From the NCBI RefSeq assembly GCF_018350175.1, contig NC_058383.1, positions 24,492,001 through 24,556,000 on the forward strand: a stretch of 64,000 nucleotides of DNA, in the 5' to 3' direction. The position numbers were made by a program, and so were the translations under genes. Shown here in pieces: positions 23,109-36,448 of the stretch (position 1 is its first letter; every line of letters begins with the position of its first letter). The notes beneath the pieces are model-generated. The model did not search any database. It had not been told where the DNA came from and saw only the letters and a list, made by a program, of their open reading frames with translations. The stretch comes from Felis catus (lineage: Eukaryota).

Positions 23109-24447
23109 GCAGATTCCGATTCGGTAGATCTGGGGTAGGGCCCGAGAGTCTGCATTTCTAACAAGCTACCAGGAGATATGGATGCTTGCTCACCTCTGGG
23201 CAACACTAGGACTAGCAAGGGTTTACCTAAGTTTTAAAATCTAGCTCAAGACCTGCCTCTTAAGTACTTTTAGCTCTCTGCACCCCACAGTGGTCCCTCC
23301 ACCCTCTGCATGCACAGCACTTCTTATCTCTACTTTTAACTCACCCTACTTTGGACCATCTCTGGGCCATTATTTTTCCTCTGTCATTTCACACTGGCAT
23401 TATCTTTTCATTTCTCGTGGGTCTTGGCTCCCTTATTAGACTGTCAGTTCTTTGACCGTGAAGGACATATTATTGATCCTAGCTCCCCTTCATTCCTTAG
23501 GCCCATGTCTTATACACACAGTAGGTCATTGGGAAATATTTAATGATGGTGAGTAATGTGAGAAATACATCGAAGGGGCATAATGATATTAGTTCCTCAT
23601 CTTTCTATTTTCTCTGGCCAATAGCTGTGTTTACCAAGTTATCTAGTTATTTTTAATTTCCTAATTAACTTTCTAATGGTGTCAGGGTAATGGCTCCTTG
23701 TCCACTCTAGGGTAGAACCAAACTCATAAGGTTGAACCTGTAAAAGTCTTTTAAATTCCAGCCTCAATGTACTTCTGCAGTCTTATCACCTTAAACTCGA
23801 CCACTTGCATCTGATATTTCAGCTACAAAATAACTCCCAGATCCTGCAGCATGTTTTACAAAAGTCATAGAACTGCATTTCATTATATGCTGTTACTTCT
23901 TTGGTTCTTCCAAAGGACGTTATATGTTCTTTCCTTCCTATCCTGTCTGCAAATGCCTACTCATTATTCACATTCCAGCTCAAATGTCCCTTCCTCTGTG
24001 AACCTTTTACCAATCTTTCTTTCCTTAGTGTGTAAAATATTTGGTTTCTGAATTTCCAATTCTAAGTATATGGTATCATCTGTTATGTTGATTTTTTTGT
24101 GTATGGCTATTTAGGTGTGAGAAATCAATTAATGATGAATGAGGTATCATCAAATAGTAGCTCCTTGTCATGCATGATGCTAGATATCCTAATAGGTCTC
24201 AACCCCAGGTTCTAAGCTCCAGACTGTGAAGTTACACTCCTCCTTCTCCCTGAAATATCTTCAGAAAGAAAACAAACCAACAGAGAGGAGCTTCCCCAAT
24301 TTAGTTATACCCAGGGGATTATCAACATAATGGGTATTATCAGTGTAACCGGTCAGAGGCTCATTTACATTCTAAATGCTGCAGCTCAGAGCACAGAGTG
24401 TTCCAGGGCCTGCCTTACTAACAAAGTATTTGTTCTGCTGGTTATAG

Positions 24448-24643
24448 TTGATTACATCCTCATGGACCCAATAGAGAGAAAAAGACTCTTCATTGAGAAT
24501 ATTCCCCGTATGTTTCCTCAAAGAGTGATCCGGGCGCCTGTGCCCTGGCACAGTGTCTACAGGAATGCCAAGAAGTGGAACGAGGAACATCTGCACACAG
24601 TGAACCCCATGATGCTCAGCCTGAAAGAACTGTGGTTTACAGA
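24448..24643 (+). CDS. DNAH3: DNAH3 coding exon 7
   Basis: tag|(V)DYILMDPIERKRLFIENIPRMFPQRVIRAPVPWH..KELWFT(E)|gtaaga; phase 1-2. Confidence 0.95.
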
Positions 24644-25254
24644 GTAAGAATTTCCTCCCTTCCCTTTTCTTCCCTTTCTTTCTTGTTTACACACATAAGA
24701 GACTACCTATGCTGGGCACAGTTAGGGTAGCCCAGCCCTTAAGAGGAAATGATGAAAATCCTGGACCAAAAGTGCATATGAACTGTAAATGACAGCTCTC
24801 TGTGCACAGTGAAGGTACTCTTCTTTGCATGACACCCAGTGCCAGTCTCTAAGCCCTGGTGCGTACCAGTAAAGAGCACAGACTTGGAGCCAGCCTGCTA
24901 AGGGCTATATCTTCACTCTGCGGCTTCCTAGGTAACATGGGTATGTTACATCATCTGTCTGGGTCTTGCTTTCCTGATCTCTAAATTAGGGACAGTAAGA
25001 GTTCCTGCTTCATTGGGCTGGTAGGAGGAATGAATAACTTAATACATGCAAAGTACTCAGAACAGTGCCCGACCCATTAAGTGTGAATGAGCCATTAACT
25101 CTGCGAGGGCATGTACCACACTGAATTACAACTGTGTGTTTGCTAGTTTGTCTTTTCTCTAGCCTACGAGATGTATGGGAGATTGGGTCTTATTCCTTAG
25201 GTAACTCATTACCCGCACAGGGATGGCAAACAGTGGTCTGTTATGTTCATCAGT

Positions 25255-25458
25255 GGAGCGCCTGGGGAGCTCAGTCAGTTAAGTGTCTGACCCTTGATTT
25301 CAGCTCAAGACATAAACTCATGTTCATGAGTTCAAGCCCTGCATCGGGCTCTGTGCTAACAGTGGGAAACCTGCTTGGAATTCTCTCTGTGCCCCTTCCT
25401 AGCTGGCGTGCTGTCTCTCTCTCTCTTTCAAAATAAATAAATAAAGTTAAAAAAAAAA
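25255..25458 (+). mobile_element. Can-SINE
   Basis: TSD tgttcatcagtg. Confidence 0.88.
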
Positions 25459-25529
25459 TTTGTTCATCAGTGACTGAATTGGCCATAGGAAGTGGAGGAG
25501 TTTAGAGGATGCAAGAATCCCTTTTCTGT

Positions 25530-25920
25530 CATTTTTCTAAATTGAGATATAATCCACATACCATAAAATTCACCCCTCTTAAGTGCACAGTACGGTAGTT
25601 TTCAATGCACTCACACATTTGTACAACCCAGAAAGAAATGCAATATCCATTAGCAGTCACTCCTTCATCCCCCTTCCGCTCAGCCCTTGGCAACCACTAA
25701 CCTGATTTCTGTCTCTACAGATTTAACCTATCCTGGACATTTCATGTAGATGGAATCACACCATATGTGACCTTTTGTGTCTAGTTGCTTTTTGCTCAGC
25801 ATCAGGTTTTCAAGGTTCATCCACCACTGAAGCATGTATCAGTGTTTCATTCCATTCTGTGACTGAATATTATTCCATTGAAAGGCTACACCCTGTTGAG
25901 TTTATCCATTCATCAGCTGT
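25530..25920 (-). mobile_element. Old L1M 3' fragment
   Basis: ttgagatataatccacataccataaaattcaccc..tggaatcacaccatatgtgaccttttgtgtc..tttatccattcatc. Confidence 0.7.
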
Positions 25921-26066
25921 GGAGAAAGACTGTCATTTTGGGGGAGTCCATCAAGGGAGGTGCCAATCCTGGTGGGAACATGAGGCCAACAGATTTCACT
26001 GAAAGGTCAGGCTGATGACATGATGAGCTGCCATCATCTGAGTTCTTTATTAGAAAAATTAGAGGC

Positions 26067-26412
26067 TGGGGCATCTGGGTGGCTCAGTTGGTTGAGTGTC
26101 TGACTCTTGATCTTGCCTCAGGTCTTGATCTTAGGGTTGTGAGTTTGAGCCCTCTGTTAGGCTCCACGCTGGGTATGAAGCCTACTTAAAAAATGAAAAG
26201 TAGAGAGCCAGGAGGCTCAGTCAGGCAAGTGTCCGATTCCTGATTTCAGCTCAGGTCATGATCTTAGGTCACATAGGGCTCTGCGCTGACAGTGTGAAGC
26301 CTGCTTAGGATTCTCTCTCTGCCTCTCCCCGGCTGTCAACACCCCCCCCCCCCCCCCGTTTCTCTCTCTCTCTCTCGCTCTCTCAAAATAAATAAAATAA
26401 ACTTTAAAAAAT
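26067..26412 (+). mobile_element. Two tandem Can-SINEs (~26067-26195 and ~26210-26412)
   Basis: Two heads; the second has a CT tract and A tail. Confidence 0.82.
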
Positions 26413-27764
26413 AAAAGAAAAATTGAAGGTAAATATGCTTACTTAATTTTGATTGGCTAAACTTGCCAGTAGCTCAAATATTTTATTTTGGGGAGGCTCT
26501 GTAGCTTTGAGTGTCTTCAGTCTTTAAGGGAGGCTTGTTACCTGGAGAACTTCCTTGTTTATCACATTCTTTGTTTTACTTATATTTTAAAAGGGAATGG
26601 AAAGGGAAGTCAAGCTAGCATGGAGCCCACCAATGTTAAATAAGCACATTCCCTTCTTTGGACTGTATTCAGTTTTCTAAGTCATTGGAGGTGCCACTCA
26701 GGAGTCTGAAAAGAAACAGTCATTTTCTAATGAGGCAGAAGCATATAGGGTAATAATTTATAGTATGGGCTCCAAAACTACACTGCCTACATTCTGATTC
26801 TCTCTGTTAATAACAAACAGTGTGATTTGGGGGAACTTAATCTCTCTAGGACTCTATTTTTTTATATGTGAAGTGAGAATAATAACAGTTACCTCATGGG
26901 TTGTTTGATGAATTGCTTAGAACGGTTTTGGCATATAGCTGTTCAATAAATGAAGGTGCTGCTTTAATTATAAGCATGTTTATGGCCTCAAAAAATAACC
27001 TAGAAATTAACAAAAAAGGTCAGTCTTAGGGATGGTAAATTGCTAAATGCTCAAAGCCAAAAAGATGTACATGTGCATTTAATTTGATCGTGTAGTGAAG
27101 ATGGCAAATTATTGAACCCATAGCTTCTGAAAAGAAAGAATTCTTACCGCCTGCTTTTAGGGGTTTCCTAAAGATTACGTAGGCAACAAAAAGACAAAGC
27201 CATTTAGAAGCTCTTTGTCAGCTGAACCAAAAAAAAAAAAAAAATCAACAATGAGAAAGATTTGTTAAGGAAATGATGCAGACTGCTCTTCTTTATGGCC
27301 TGCGTGATTAATTTTAAAAATTCTAAGGAGTCACCTAGTGGTTGGCAAAGGGTAAAGGACCTGGGGGCTCAAATAGGGTTGTGGTCTAAAAAGCCATTGT
27401 CGGAAGTTTGTTAGAACTGAATTAAAGATAAGTAGCATAATTACCAAGTGGTGACAAGGGCCATACTCAGGTTGAATATCAAAGGTGTGGTGAGGGAGGT
27501 CTCAGATTCTGTCCTCCCCTAACAGTGCTTTGTGACTGGCCAGACAAGATGGGGACCAAGTTCACCACCTACACCAAGGAGGAATAGGGATTAGGAATAG
27601 GAATAGGGTAGGCTGTGGGATTTAAGAAAGGTGAGAAAAGTGCCCAAGAGGTCATTACAGTGGATAATGAAAATGAGAAGCAAGACATGAGATGAGCTAA
27701 GAAAGTGAGCAAAGGTCTAATTGAGGAAGTGAAAGGCAGTGATTATTTAAAAGAATGAGTTATA

Positions 27765-27971
27765 GGGGTGCCTGGATGGCTCAGTCGGTTGAGCGTCTAA
27801 CTGCAGCTCAGGTCACGATCTCACGGTCAGTGAGTTTCGAGCCCCACGTCGGGCTCTATGCTGACAGCTCAGAGCCTGGAGCCTGCTTCAGATTCTGTGT
27901 CTCCCTCTTTCTCTGCCCTTCCCCACTCATCCTCTGTTTCTCTGTCAAAAATAAATAAACATTAAAAAAAA
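27765..27971 (+). mobile_element. Can-SINE
   Basis: Head, body, A tail. Confidence 0.9.
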
Positions 27972-28635
27972 TCAAAAGAGTGATTTATAAATGAATGGAA
28001 TAGATATCAGGAAGAGATATGGTGTCCCTGTGAGCTAAAAGAGGCCTTGGGGAATGTGGTAAAGGGCAACACATCCATTGATCTGAGAGAAATAGGAGAA
28101 GATAAGAGCCTCACAGGAGAAGGTGGAAGGAGATTCGTGTATTCATTCAACAAATATTGGGTGCCTGCATTGTGTGAGGGACTGTGCCAAGGTATGCTGT
28201 GCATGTCTTGGTGAGTCTGCCAGCCATCAGGGGTAGTAGGTCTGAAGGGTTTTTTTTTGTTTGTTTAGACCAAAGCAGTCCTCCAAGTTGTCCTGAGTAG
28301 CTTATCGGGGGCCACGTTGAGGATTAGATGGAACCCACTTGATCATGAAGGTGGTGCTTTGCTTGACCTGTCTTCTCTGTCTTTGCTGTTGTAAAGAACT
28401 TTGATTTGTCCATTTGATATCCCAGTTCCCAGGCAGGCAAATAACCAGGTTGTTGCCAAAACCCCACTCCTCAGATGGGTTATTTGGAGCAGGACAGACA
28501 GGAAGGCTCAGCAAACACCTATTCAGTTGGCTCAGCTATCTACTCTTTGCAAGGTTCTTGTGGACTGTCTACCCCTCCTCAGACTTTCATATTTTTCAAA
28601 TATAAATGGTTTTACTCTCATTGAAAAGTGAGGAT

Positions 28636-28850
28636 GGGGCACCTGGGTGCCTCAGTTGTTTAAATGTCTGACTCTTGATTTCGGCTCAGGTCCTGATCTC
28701 ACAGTTCGTGAGTTTGAGCCCCACATCAGGCTTTGCACTGAGCACGGAACCTGCTTGGGATTCTCTCTCTCCCTCTCTCTTCCCCTTCTCTACTCACTCG
28801 CACTTGCACTCTCTCTCTCTCTCTCTCCCTCCCAAAATAAACAAACAAAA
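28636..28850 (+). mobile_element. Can-SINE
   Basis: TSD gaaaagtgaggatg; ends about 100 nt before exon 8. Confidence 0.9.
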
Positions 28851-28946
28851 AGATAAGAAAAGTGAGGATGTGTGCCCTTTGAACCCATCCTCCAGAATTC
28901 ATTATTGTCTTCTCAGCCCAGGACGGTTCTCCCTCTCTTTTGGCAG

Positions 28947-29072
28947 ATTTAAAGACCTCAGGTTTGTTCGAACAGCAGAATTACTGGCAGGAAGATTGCC
29001 TTTGCAGCCTCATGAGTACTGGGATGTGATCCAGAAACACTGCATGGAAGCACGCCAAATTCTTCTCAACAA
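28947..29072 (+). CDS. DNAH3: DNAH3 coding exon 8
   Basis: cag|FKDLRFVRTAELLAGRLPLQPHEYWDVIQKHCMEARQILLN(K)|gtcagt; phase 2-2. Confidence 0.95.
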
Positions 29073-30241
29073 GTCAGTATCTGGCCTCAGAATGGGACCT
29101 CGTCACAACATCATAAACTCTCAGGAGGGAAAACTGGTTCCCAGCCTGGAGGTTGCACAGTTTGCTGACTTCTCACTGACATCTTTCTCTGTCCCTTTCC
29201 TTCTACATTCCATCCCACCAGTATTTGTGTCTCCCCAGGTCCATGCTTCAACCCTCATTCCTGTTCTCCCTCTGCCTTTTTGAAACTCTCATTACCATTC
29301 TTTGTTGGGCTACCACTTCCTTACCTTCCCTCTGAAATCTGTGAGTTCTTGCTAAGTTACATGACTTGAGTTTGAATAACTTGTGTTCAGGTGGCCCAGA
29401 TAAACAGCTGCAAGATTCCAGGGTTAGAGAGTTTTCAGTCACTTAGACTATTCCTTTTCCCTTTGCAAATGCATGCAGGATGATGTCCACAGCTAGAGAA
29501 ACCCCCTTATGTAAAATGATGGTGGTAATACCTACCAGTGGGTTTTTATTATCAGAGAAAATGTATATGCCATAGCACGTAGTAGCTGCTTGATAAATAT
29601 CATAATTATTGTCTTTACAACTCTGGCTGTTACTAGTACTTCTCTGATTGTTAGAGTAGCACCTTCCTAGCAATCATAAAAGAGATATGATAGGATGAAA
29701 AGGCCAGTGGTTCCCACTGGGAATTAAAAATTGGGGGAAGTAGGAAGAAAGAACAATGAGACATCCATTTTTTCTTTTTCTTTTCTTATTTTCACTCTCA
29801 ACTTCTGAGCAACTATCACCACACTGGAGTTTCTCTTAAGTTTTCTTCTTTTTCTCCTCTTCCTCACTTTCCCCCTATAAAGTCTGAATCAGAGGCCAGG
29901 CATTTGCCAGGGAGAGAAGTTGGACAGAACATTCCATTTCTTTATGCCCCTTCACCCCAATCTCTGATTATAGTGAAGAAACTAGAGACTCTTTGAGCAG
30001 GACATGCCACCAGCATCCCTTGTGCCTTTGGATGAATAGTCTCTCAATTCAAATCTTACTACTTTCTTTCCAGGAAAGAGGTGTTGGCAGGGGAGGTGGC
30101 CAGGGATATGAAAGTACCGATTTGGAAAGCTGCTTAGTGGGGAATGAGCCACCTTCCTTGTTACAGAGAGTGGGGAACATCTGATAGGATTTCTCCGAGC
30201 TCAGAAGAGCTTCTTACTTCTCTGCCCTTCTTTTTTCACAG

Positions 30242-30437
30242 GTGGATCCCCACCTGTGCCCAGCTGTTCATCTCACAGAAGGAGCAGTGGGTCCATTTTG
30301 CTCCCAAGAGTGACTATGACTCCTCTCATAACATTGAGGAATATTTTGCTTCTGTTGCTTCCTTCATGTCCCTCCAGCTGAGGGACTTGGTCATTAAGTC
30401 TCTCGAGGACCTCGTCTCCTTTTTCATGATACACAAG
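30242..30437 (+). CDS. DNAH3: DNAH3 coding exon 9
   Basis: cag|WIPTCAQLFISQKEQWVHFAPKSDY..LEDLVSFFMIHK|gtatgt; phase 2-0. Confidence 0.95.
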
Positions 30438-32112
30438 GTATGTAGGGGACCAGCAGTAGGCCCTTTGAGGGGAAACAACCAAGACAGAATCAGAATTCCA
30501 TCATGTAGGTCTTCAGCTACATTAGTTCATGAAAATGAGTTTTGTGAGTCACAGCAAGCTTTCCTGAGGTAATTGCCTATACTAAATTGCCAAAGATCTC
30601 CAGAAGTGGAGAAGTTGTTACAAAAATTGAAAGAAGATAGAATAAAATGGAATTCATACCTCCTATGAGAGGGAATGGGGTCACTTTTTCATCCTCTGTG
30701 AAGGAAGGTGTTGAAAAAATTTTGTTATCAATCTTTGGCTTGATATTTAGGGAGTGTTGTGTGTATCATTGCAAACATTGGCTTTTGGTTCTTTGGTCTT
30801 TGAAGGGCATCTCTGAAAACAAAAGGCTTTGTTGACCTAATTAATAACTTCCTTCATGAAACTACTTCAGTGAAGTCAAAATAAAAGCTAAAAACACGAA
30901 GTCTTGGATTTCAAAAGATCGTAGCATCCCCTAAACTTAGATAACCTATGGACCAAGGAAGATTTGTTTACATTTTATGCCACGTGCACATTTTGCCTTA
31001 AAAAGGAGGAATAAAAATATATAATTGCCTGGTTATAAAAGGTTAAGTTCTAAGTATTTTTACAAATGAAGTAAAGATGAACAATTGTCCTTTTGCTCAA
31101 AAAAAGTATAGAAGCCAGTGTTGCTGAATTTAGACTGTGATGTTAGCTTTGTAGCAAGGACCAATCAATAGATGTCACTGTAATCATCCACTTTGCTAAA
31201 GCAGAAGAGGCTCAGATGTGGAACAAATCCCACTCTAAAATTCCCCACAAAGGGAAAAGTTAAATCTTTATATGTCTGAAAGAAGGGGAGATTTATGGGT
31301 ATTTGATACATGGTAGCTGTTCAGCAAATGTTTATCAATCATCCTTAAACAGATCTAGAGATGTCTAACATCACTGACTTAGGCAAATACTTTCCAGCTA
31401 CCCTGTGACAATTTCATTAGGCAGGGTAGTTTATGAGAGGTATCTCCTATTACTACCCTCATAGGGAATTGTAGATATCTCCATGCCAATATTTCTGTTG
31501 TAGGAGTGTTGACATTTTGAGTGTTTAAAATAGACTATACACTCATTAGCTCCATTTGAGGTATACAGATAACTATTTATGCTTTTGGATTCTGTCAACA
31601 GATTTTTATTGAGCATCAACTATGTATTAAATGCTACCTTGGAGATTTCAGAGGAAGTACAGGGTTCAGACAGATCCTGCCCTTGAGGTTAGAGTAGAGA
31701 AAATAAGATGTACCTATAAATCTCTGCAACAGAGAAAGCTAAAATAGCATGAAGGAAATAGAAACACATAAGTTCAGAAGTGAAAGAGATTATATCTTGC
31801 TAGAGAACAGAGAAGCTTCCTAGAGCAGGGGCTTTTGAGCTGAATTTTGAAGGGTGGGAAGGATTTGGAAATAATTAATGCAGGAATATCTAAGCAAAGA
31901 AAATATACTGAATTAAAACTTCTGGAATGGGGGAGTGGATAAGCTCAGGGTGGGCTAAGCCATACCCAGACCTTATGTGAACATGAACAGTGCCTGGTAC
32001 CCTGCATTTCCTTTTCTGGTATTCATGTAATACTGTGAATGGGTAAAAATCACTCCTTTGATTCTGGAAGGCCCCATCTTGTGACAGCTGCCATATCTTG
32101 TATCTCCTGAAG

Positions 32113-32292
32113 GATGGGAATGATTACAAGGAGCCCTACCAAGAGATGGAGTTCTTCATACCTCAGCTAATCATGATCAAACTTGAAGTCCATGAACCCA
32201 TTATCATCTTTAATCCATCTTTTGATGACTGCTGGGAATTAATACACAATTCTTTCTTGGAAATTATTAAAAACTCTAGGGAGATCCCCAAG
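32113..32292 (+). CDS. DNAH3: DNAH3 coding exon 10
   Basis: aag|DGNDYKEPYQEMEFFIPQLIMIKLEV..EIIKNSREIPK|gtatag; phase 0-0. Confidence 0.95.
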
Positions 32293-32497
32293 GTATAGTA
32301 CTGACTTACTCATTTATAGTTTTATTTACTTATCGAATAAAATATATTTAAAGTGACTGTTTGTACAAGGTAGTCAGAAGAGTTTTTATTTTGAGAGCTC
32401 AATCCTGAGTATGCCTCCCGTGACCCCAGACAGAAGATTTGGGCCATAAAGAAATGTCCACGCATTAGAGAATTGTGCTTCTAATACAAGCATTAAT

Positions 32498-32694
32498 GGG
32501 GCGCCTGGGTGGCTCAGTCCGGTAAGCGTCCAACTTCAGCTCAGGTCATGATCTCACGGTTTATGAGTTCAAGCTCTGCGTCCAGCTCTGCTGTGAGTAC
32601 AGAGCCCACTTCGGATCCTCTATCCCCCTATCTGCCCCTTCCCTGCTTACATGCATGCTGTCTCTCTGTCTCTCTCAAAATAAACATTAAAAAA
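32498..32694 (+). mobile_element. Can-SINE
   Basis: ggggcgcctgggtggctcag head, A tail. Confidence 0.9.
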
Positions 32695-33469
32695 TTTTTT
32701 TTAAGAATTATTTTGTCAGCAAGTAGAGTTCCCCTTTTCCTCAACATGACGCCAACTTCAAAGGGACAGATGTGTCCCAAGCCATAACCAACTTGGGTTG
32801 ACAATCCACGATGGAGCAACGCCATGAACTCACCAAGAATCTTCATGAAATGATACCTAATTTAGTTCTTGAAGTTCCATTTGTTTAACCACTGAAGACA
32901 TCAAGGGGAGAGATTGAAGCTTCTCTTCCTGATCCAAGACCTTTCCAGCTTCCTTTCCAGGGTGGGATTGGTAATCATATTCCAGACACGTAGCAGACTT
33001 TTAGTGCTGGGCAGGATCACCCACATGAGTGTGACTCTTCTGTACTCTGTACTCCCTCTGGGTGGCTGAAGTGGCAAGAAGGCCAGTGTCCAGAGCCACA
33101 CAGGAAAGGGAACTGTGGGGTGTTTTTCTCTATTTTTCTCCCCCTCCCTCATTGCCCAGGCATTATGTGTGATGCTTAGGTAGTCTTAAGTACTCTTTTC
33201 TTTGCAGTCCTATGCTTAGAGGGTTCCAAGAGCTCAAGAGTAGAGTTTGGTGTTGTAGGGAAACATGTGAGGCCAAAATGCTGTAGTCTATTTCACCAGA
33301 TAACTCTAAATTTGGGGTTTCGAACCCAACCAAGCCTAGTTAACAAGAAAACTGGGTGTGTGGAAGGGAAAGAAACAGTGGGCAACTCTCCTACAATCGA
33401 TATCCCTAGAAAGGAAATGAAAGAGAAGACCCTGTAATTTGGAAGGATAAGTGTGGGGCTTGGGAACAG

Positions 33470-33583
33470 ATAAAATACATACCACTCAAGTTCTCTTTCA
33501 CTGATCTTGATTAGCAATGTTTGCAAGCAGCTGGGCCGGGAGAGCCAAGGGCTCATGTGATCGCTCCTGCAAACACCCAGCAG
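33470..33583 (+). pseudogene. Pseudo-exon in DNAH3 intron 10, counterpart of a human DNAH3 alternative exon, with in-frame TAG
   Basis: cag|IKYIPLKFSFTDLD*QCLQAAGPGEPRAH versus recalled human LKYIPLKFSFTAAAADRQCVKAAEPGEPSMH. Confidence 0.65.
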
Positions 33584-33805
33584 GGGTGGTGGAATTTAGT
33601 GGATTCCCATGGCAAGAAGATGTAGTCACAGGTTATAGTGTGTACCAGGTTTGAAAGCTAGGCCCAAGTGAATGCCAATGACTTTATCAGACTGTGAGAA
33701 AAAGCAGCCCAGTCTCAGCATTCTCTATCTAGACATGCCCACAGCACTGGCTCCTGTGTCAAACTCCTCACACGATTCTGTCTCTGAACTGGGTATTGAA
33801 ACTTA

Positions 33806-34020
33806 AATTTTTTTTTTTAACATTTATTCATTTTTGAGAGACAGAGAGATACAGAGCATGATCAGGGGAGGGGCAGAGAGAGGGAGATACAGAATCTGAA
33901 GCAGACTCCAGGCTCTGAGCTGTCAGCACAGAGCCCGACACAGGGCTTGAACCCATGAACCATGAGATCATGACCTGAGCCAAAGTTGGACGCTTAACTG
34001 ACTGAGTCACCCAGGCACCC
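33806..34020 (-). mobile_element. Can-SINE
   Basis: TSD aaacttaaattttttttt. Confidence 0.9.
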
Positions 34021-34339
34021 AAAACTTAAATTTTTTTTTAATATTTATTGTTTTTGAAACACAACTTATTTATGTGTTTTATTTATTTATTTATGAAACA
34101 CAATTTATTGTTTTTGAAACACTGACTGGGTGCCCCATGAACTGGGTATTGAAACTGAGTGCCCCATGAACTGGTGCCCCAGGTGCCTCATGAACTGGGT
34201 ATTGAAACTTTAAAAGAATAGCCCCTCAGGTTGAGTATCTAATAAGTATATCTAAGAACTGCAACAGACGGACATTACACCTAATCCCTACCTTTTCTGC
34301 CTTTTTTTATGGTTGAACATAAATATTTTATTTCATTTA

Positions 34340-34365
34340 GTTTTATTTTTTAAGTGTTTATTTAT

Positions 34366-34418
<53 letters not shown>

Positions 34419-34665
34419 CCCAGGCAAGGTCCATACTGTCTGGGCAGAGTCCGACGTGGAGCTCAAACTGACAAACTGTGAGATCATGACCTGAGCCAAA
34501 ATTAAGAGATGAATGCTTAACTGACTGAGCCACCCAGATGTCCCTCATTTTATTTATTTTGGAAGTTTTATTTCAAAGTAATCTTTACACCCAGTGTAGG
34601 GCTCAAAATCACTGTCCTGAGACCAAGAGTTACATGCCCTACCAAACAAGCCACACAGGTTCCCT
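34340..34665 (-). mobile_element. Can-SINE with long (GA)n (34340-34544) plus an adjacent short older SINE (~34550-34665)
   Basis: Two reverse-oriented SINE units. Confidence 0.82.
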
Positions 34666-35363
34666 TAAACATAAATTTTTTTAAGTTGGGAAAAATGTCA
34701 GCATGAAGTTTTGAAAATAAGTTTCAAGGTATAGAAGGGAAGCCTACCTATGATAAAGTTACTAAAGGAAAGCAAAGTACATATTAGAAAGTATTTGTCT
34801 TGGCAAAAAAATTAAGACATAGATGTTGTAATACTGATTGAAATGAAAAGAGGTGAATGAGCGGCATAAATAAAATGAGGTGGGGTGAAATAAGGAAGGG
34901 TTTTCTAAAACTAAAAATGCAGTAAGGAAAAAAATCAGCATTAGCAGCCATGTCAAGACATTACTTTCGTAATCAGGAATACACACACAGACACACACAC
35001 ACATTACTATGGAGTCTCCCTGATGGGAGACTTTTCTCACTCAGAGTGCCAGGGAAATCCCAAACTTGGAGAAATGTGCAGTCATAAGCACTGAGGGTGA
35101 TGACAGGACCAGGAAGTCAGGGATCAGAGAGCCATGGAGATAAGAAGATAGTAAGAGTGATTACCTGGGAAGGGCACCATTGATCTCAGCTCAGTTTTAC
35201 AGACTACTACGGAGCATGGGAGAACCTGCCACATTTAAAGGGCAATAAAAGGCATTACTTCCTCTTTTGACTGAAGACTTCTCAAGAAACAATCCCTTAT
35301 GCTGTCCACATGTGATCTGTTGAGTGGCCTGGATGTACCAGTTGTGTGTCCCTAAACCATATC

Positions 35364-35547
35364 TTTTTTTTTTTTTTTGTAATGTTTATTTTTGAGAGAG
35401 AGAGAGACAGGCAGAGAGAGAAGGAGACAGGATCAGAAGCGGGCTCTGCACTGACAGCAGAGAGTCTGACACAGGGCTCGAACTCCCAAACTGTGAGATC
35501 ATGTCCTGAGCTGAAATTGGACGTTTAACTGAGCCACCCAGGCACCC
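35364..35547 (-). mobile_element. Can-SINE
   Basis: poly(T), (GA)n, ends gccacccaggcaccc. Confidence 0.88.
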
Positions 35548-35938
35548 TTCCCTAAATCATTTAATCCATATGCTTGACCAATGCCCTATCCTCCATCTCC
35601 TTGGAGAAGGATCACTCCTCCACTGTCTGCAGCATGGCCACAGCAAAGAAGCTGTTTGTTCCTCTGCTGGCTTAAAAACCTTGGAATTGTCCAAAGAAGG
35701 AGGATACAGACCATTTGCACTGGGCTTTCCCTCCTTCTAAATCAGTGTATTCTCATCCATGGTGTATAATTGCTGTAATCAACTAGAGCACTCTGACAGT
35801 CTTTTCTGGGACCCATCACCATAAGCTTTCTTAGGGAGGGCATTGGGTACCCAGCGCAGACTTGGCAGTCTTCTTGAATCATGCAAGTGAGAACATTTCC
35901 CAGGGATACACACATGCCATTTAGAAGTTGGAGTACTT

Positions 35939-36064
35939 GGGGCGCCTGGGTGACTCATTCGGTTAAGACTCCAACTCATGATTTCAGCTCAGGTCATGAT
36001 CTGACGATTCTTGAGATCAAGCCTCACATCAGGTTCTGCACTGACAGTGTGGAACCTGCTTGGG

Positions 36065-36098
<34 letters not shown>

Positions 36099-36151
36099 CC
36101 TCCCCTACTCATGTTCTCTCTCTCTCAAAAATAAATAAACTTTAAAAAAAA
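35939..36151 (+). mobile_element. Can-SINE
   Basis: TSD ggagtacttg. Confidence 0.9.
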
Positions 36152-36448
36152 GGAGTACTTGAATTATCAGAAAAGATACTGTTCTAGCTATAGACTTTTT
36201 TCCCCCTCTGATCTGAGAGAAGAATCTAGTGTCTCTCCTTTTCTTCAGGGGAGAAAATGGAAGTTCAGAGAGAAGTAGCTTAGCTCAGGTCACATGGTCA
36301 ATTAGCAGCAGAATCAGATTTAGAACCCATGTCTCCAATAACTTCATTAGTAAAAGCTGATCAGGGGGACAGGGAGCCACCACTATAATACTCATTCAGT
36401 CACACCATATTTACTGAGCACTTACTATGTGCCAAGCTCTTTAAAAAA

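Noticed and set aside
28675..29283. Longest ORF in the track (202 aa)
   Set aside because: Chimera of SINE sequence, intron, DNAH3 exon 8 and downstream intron
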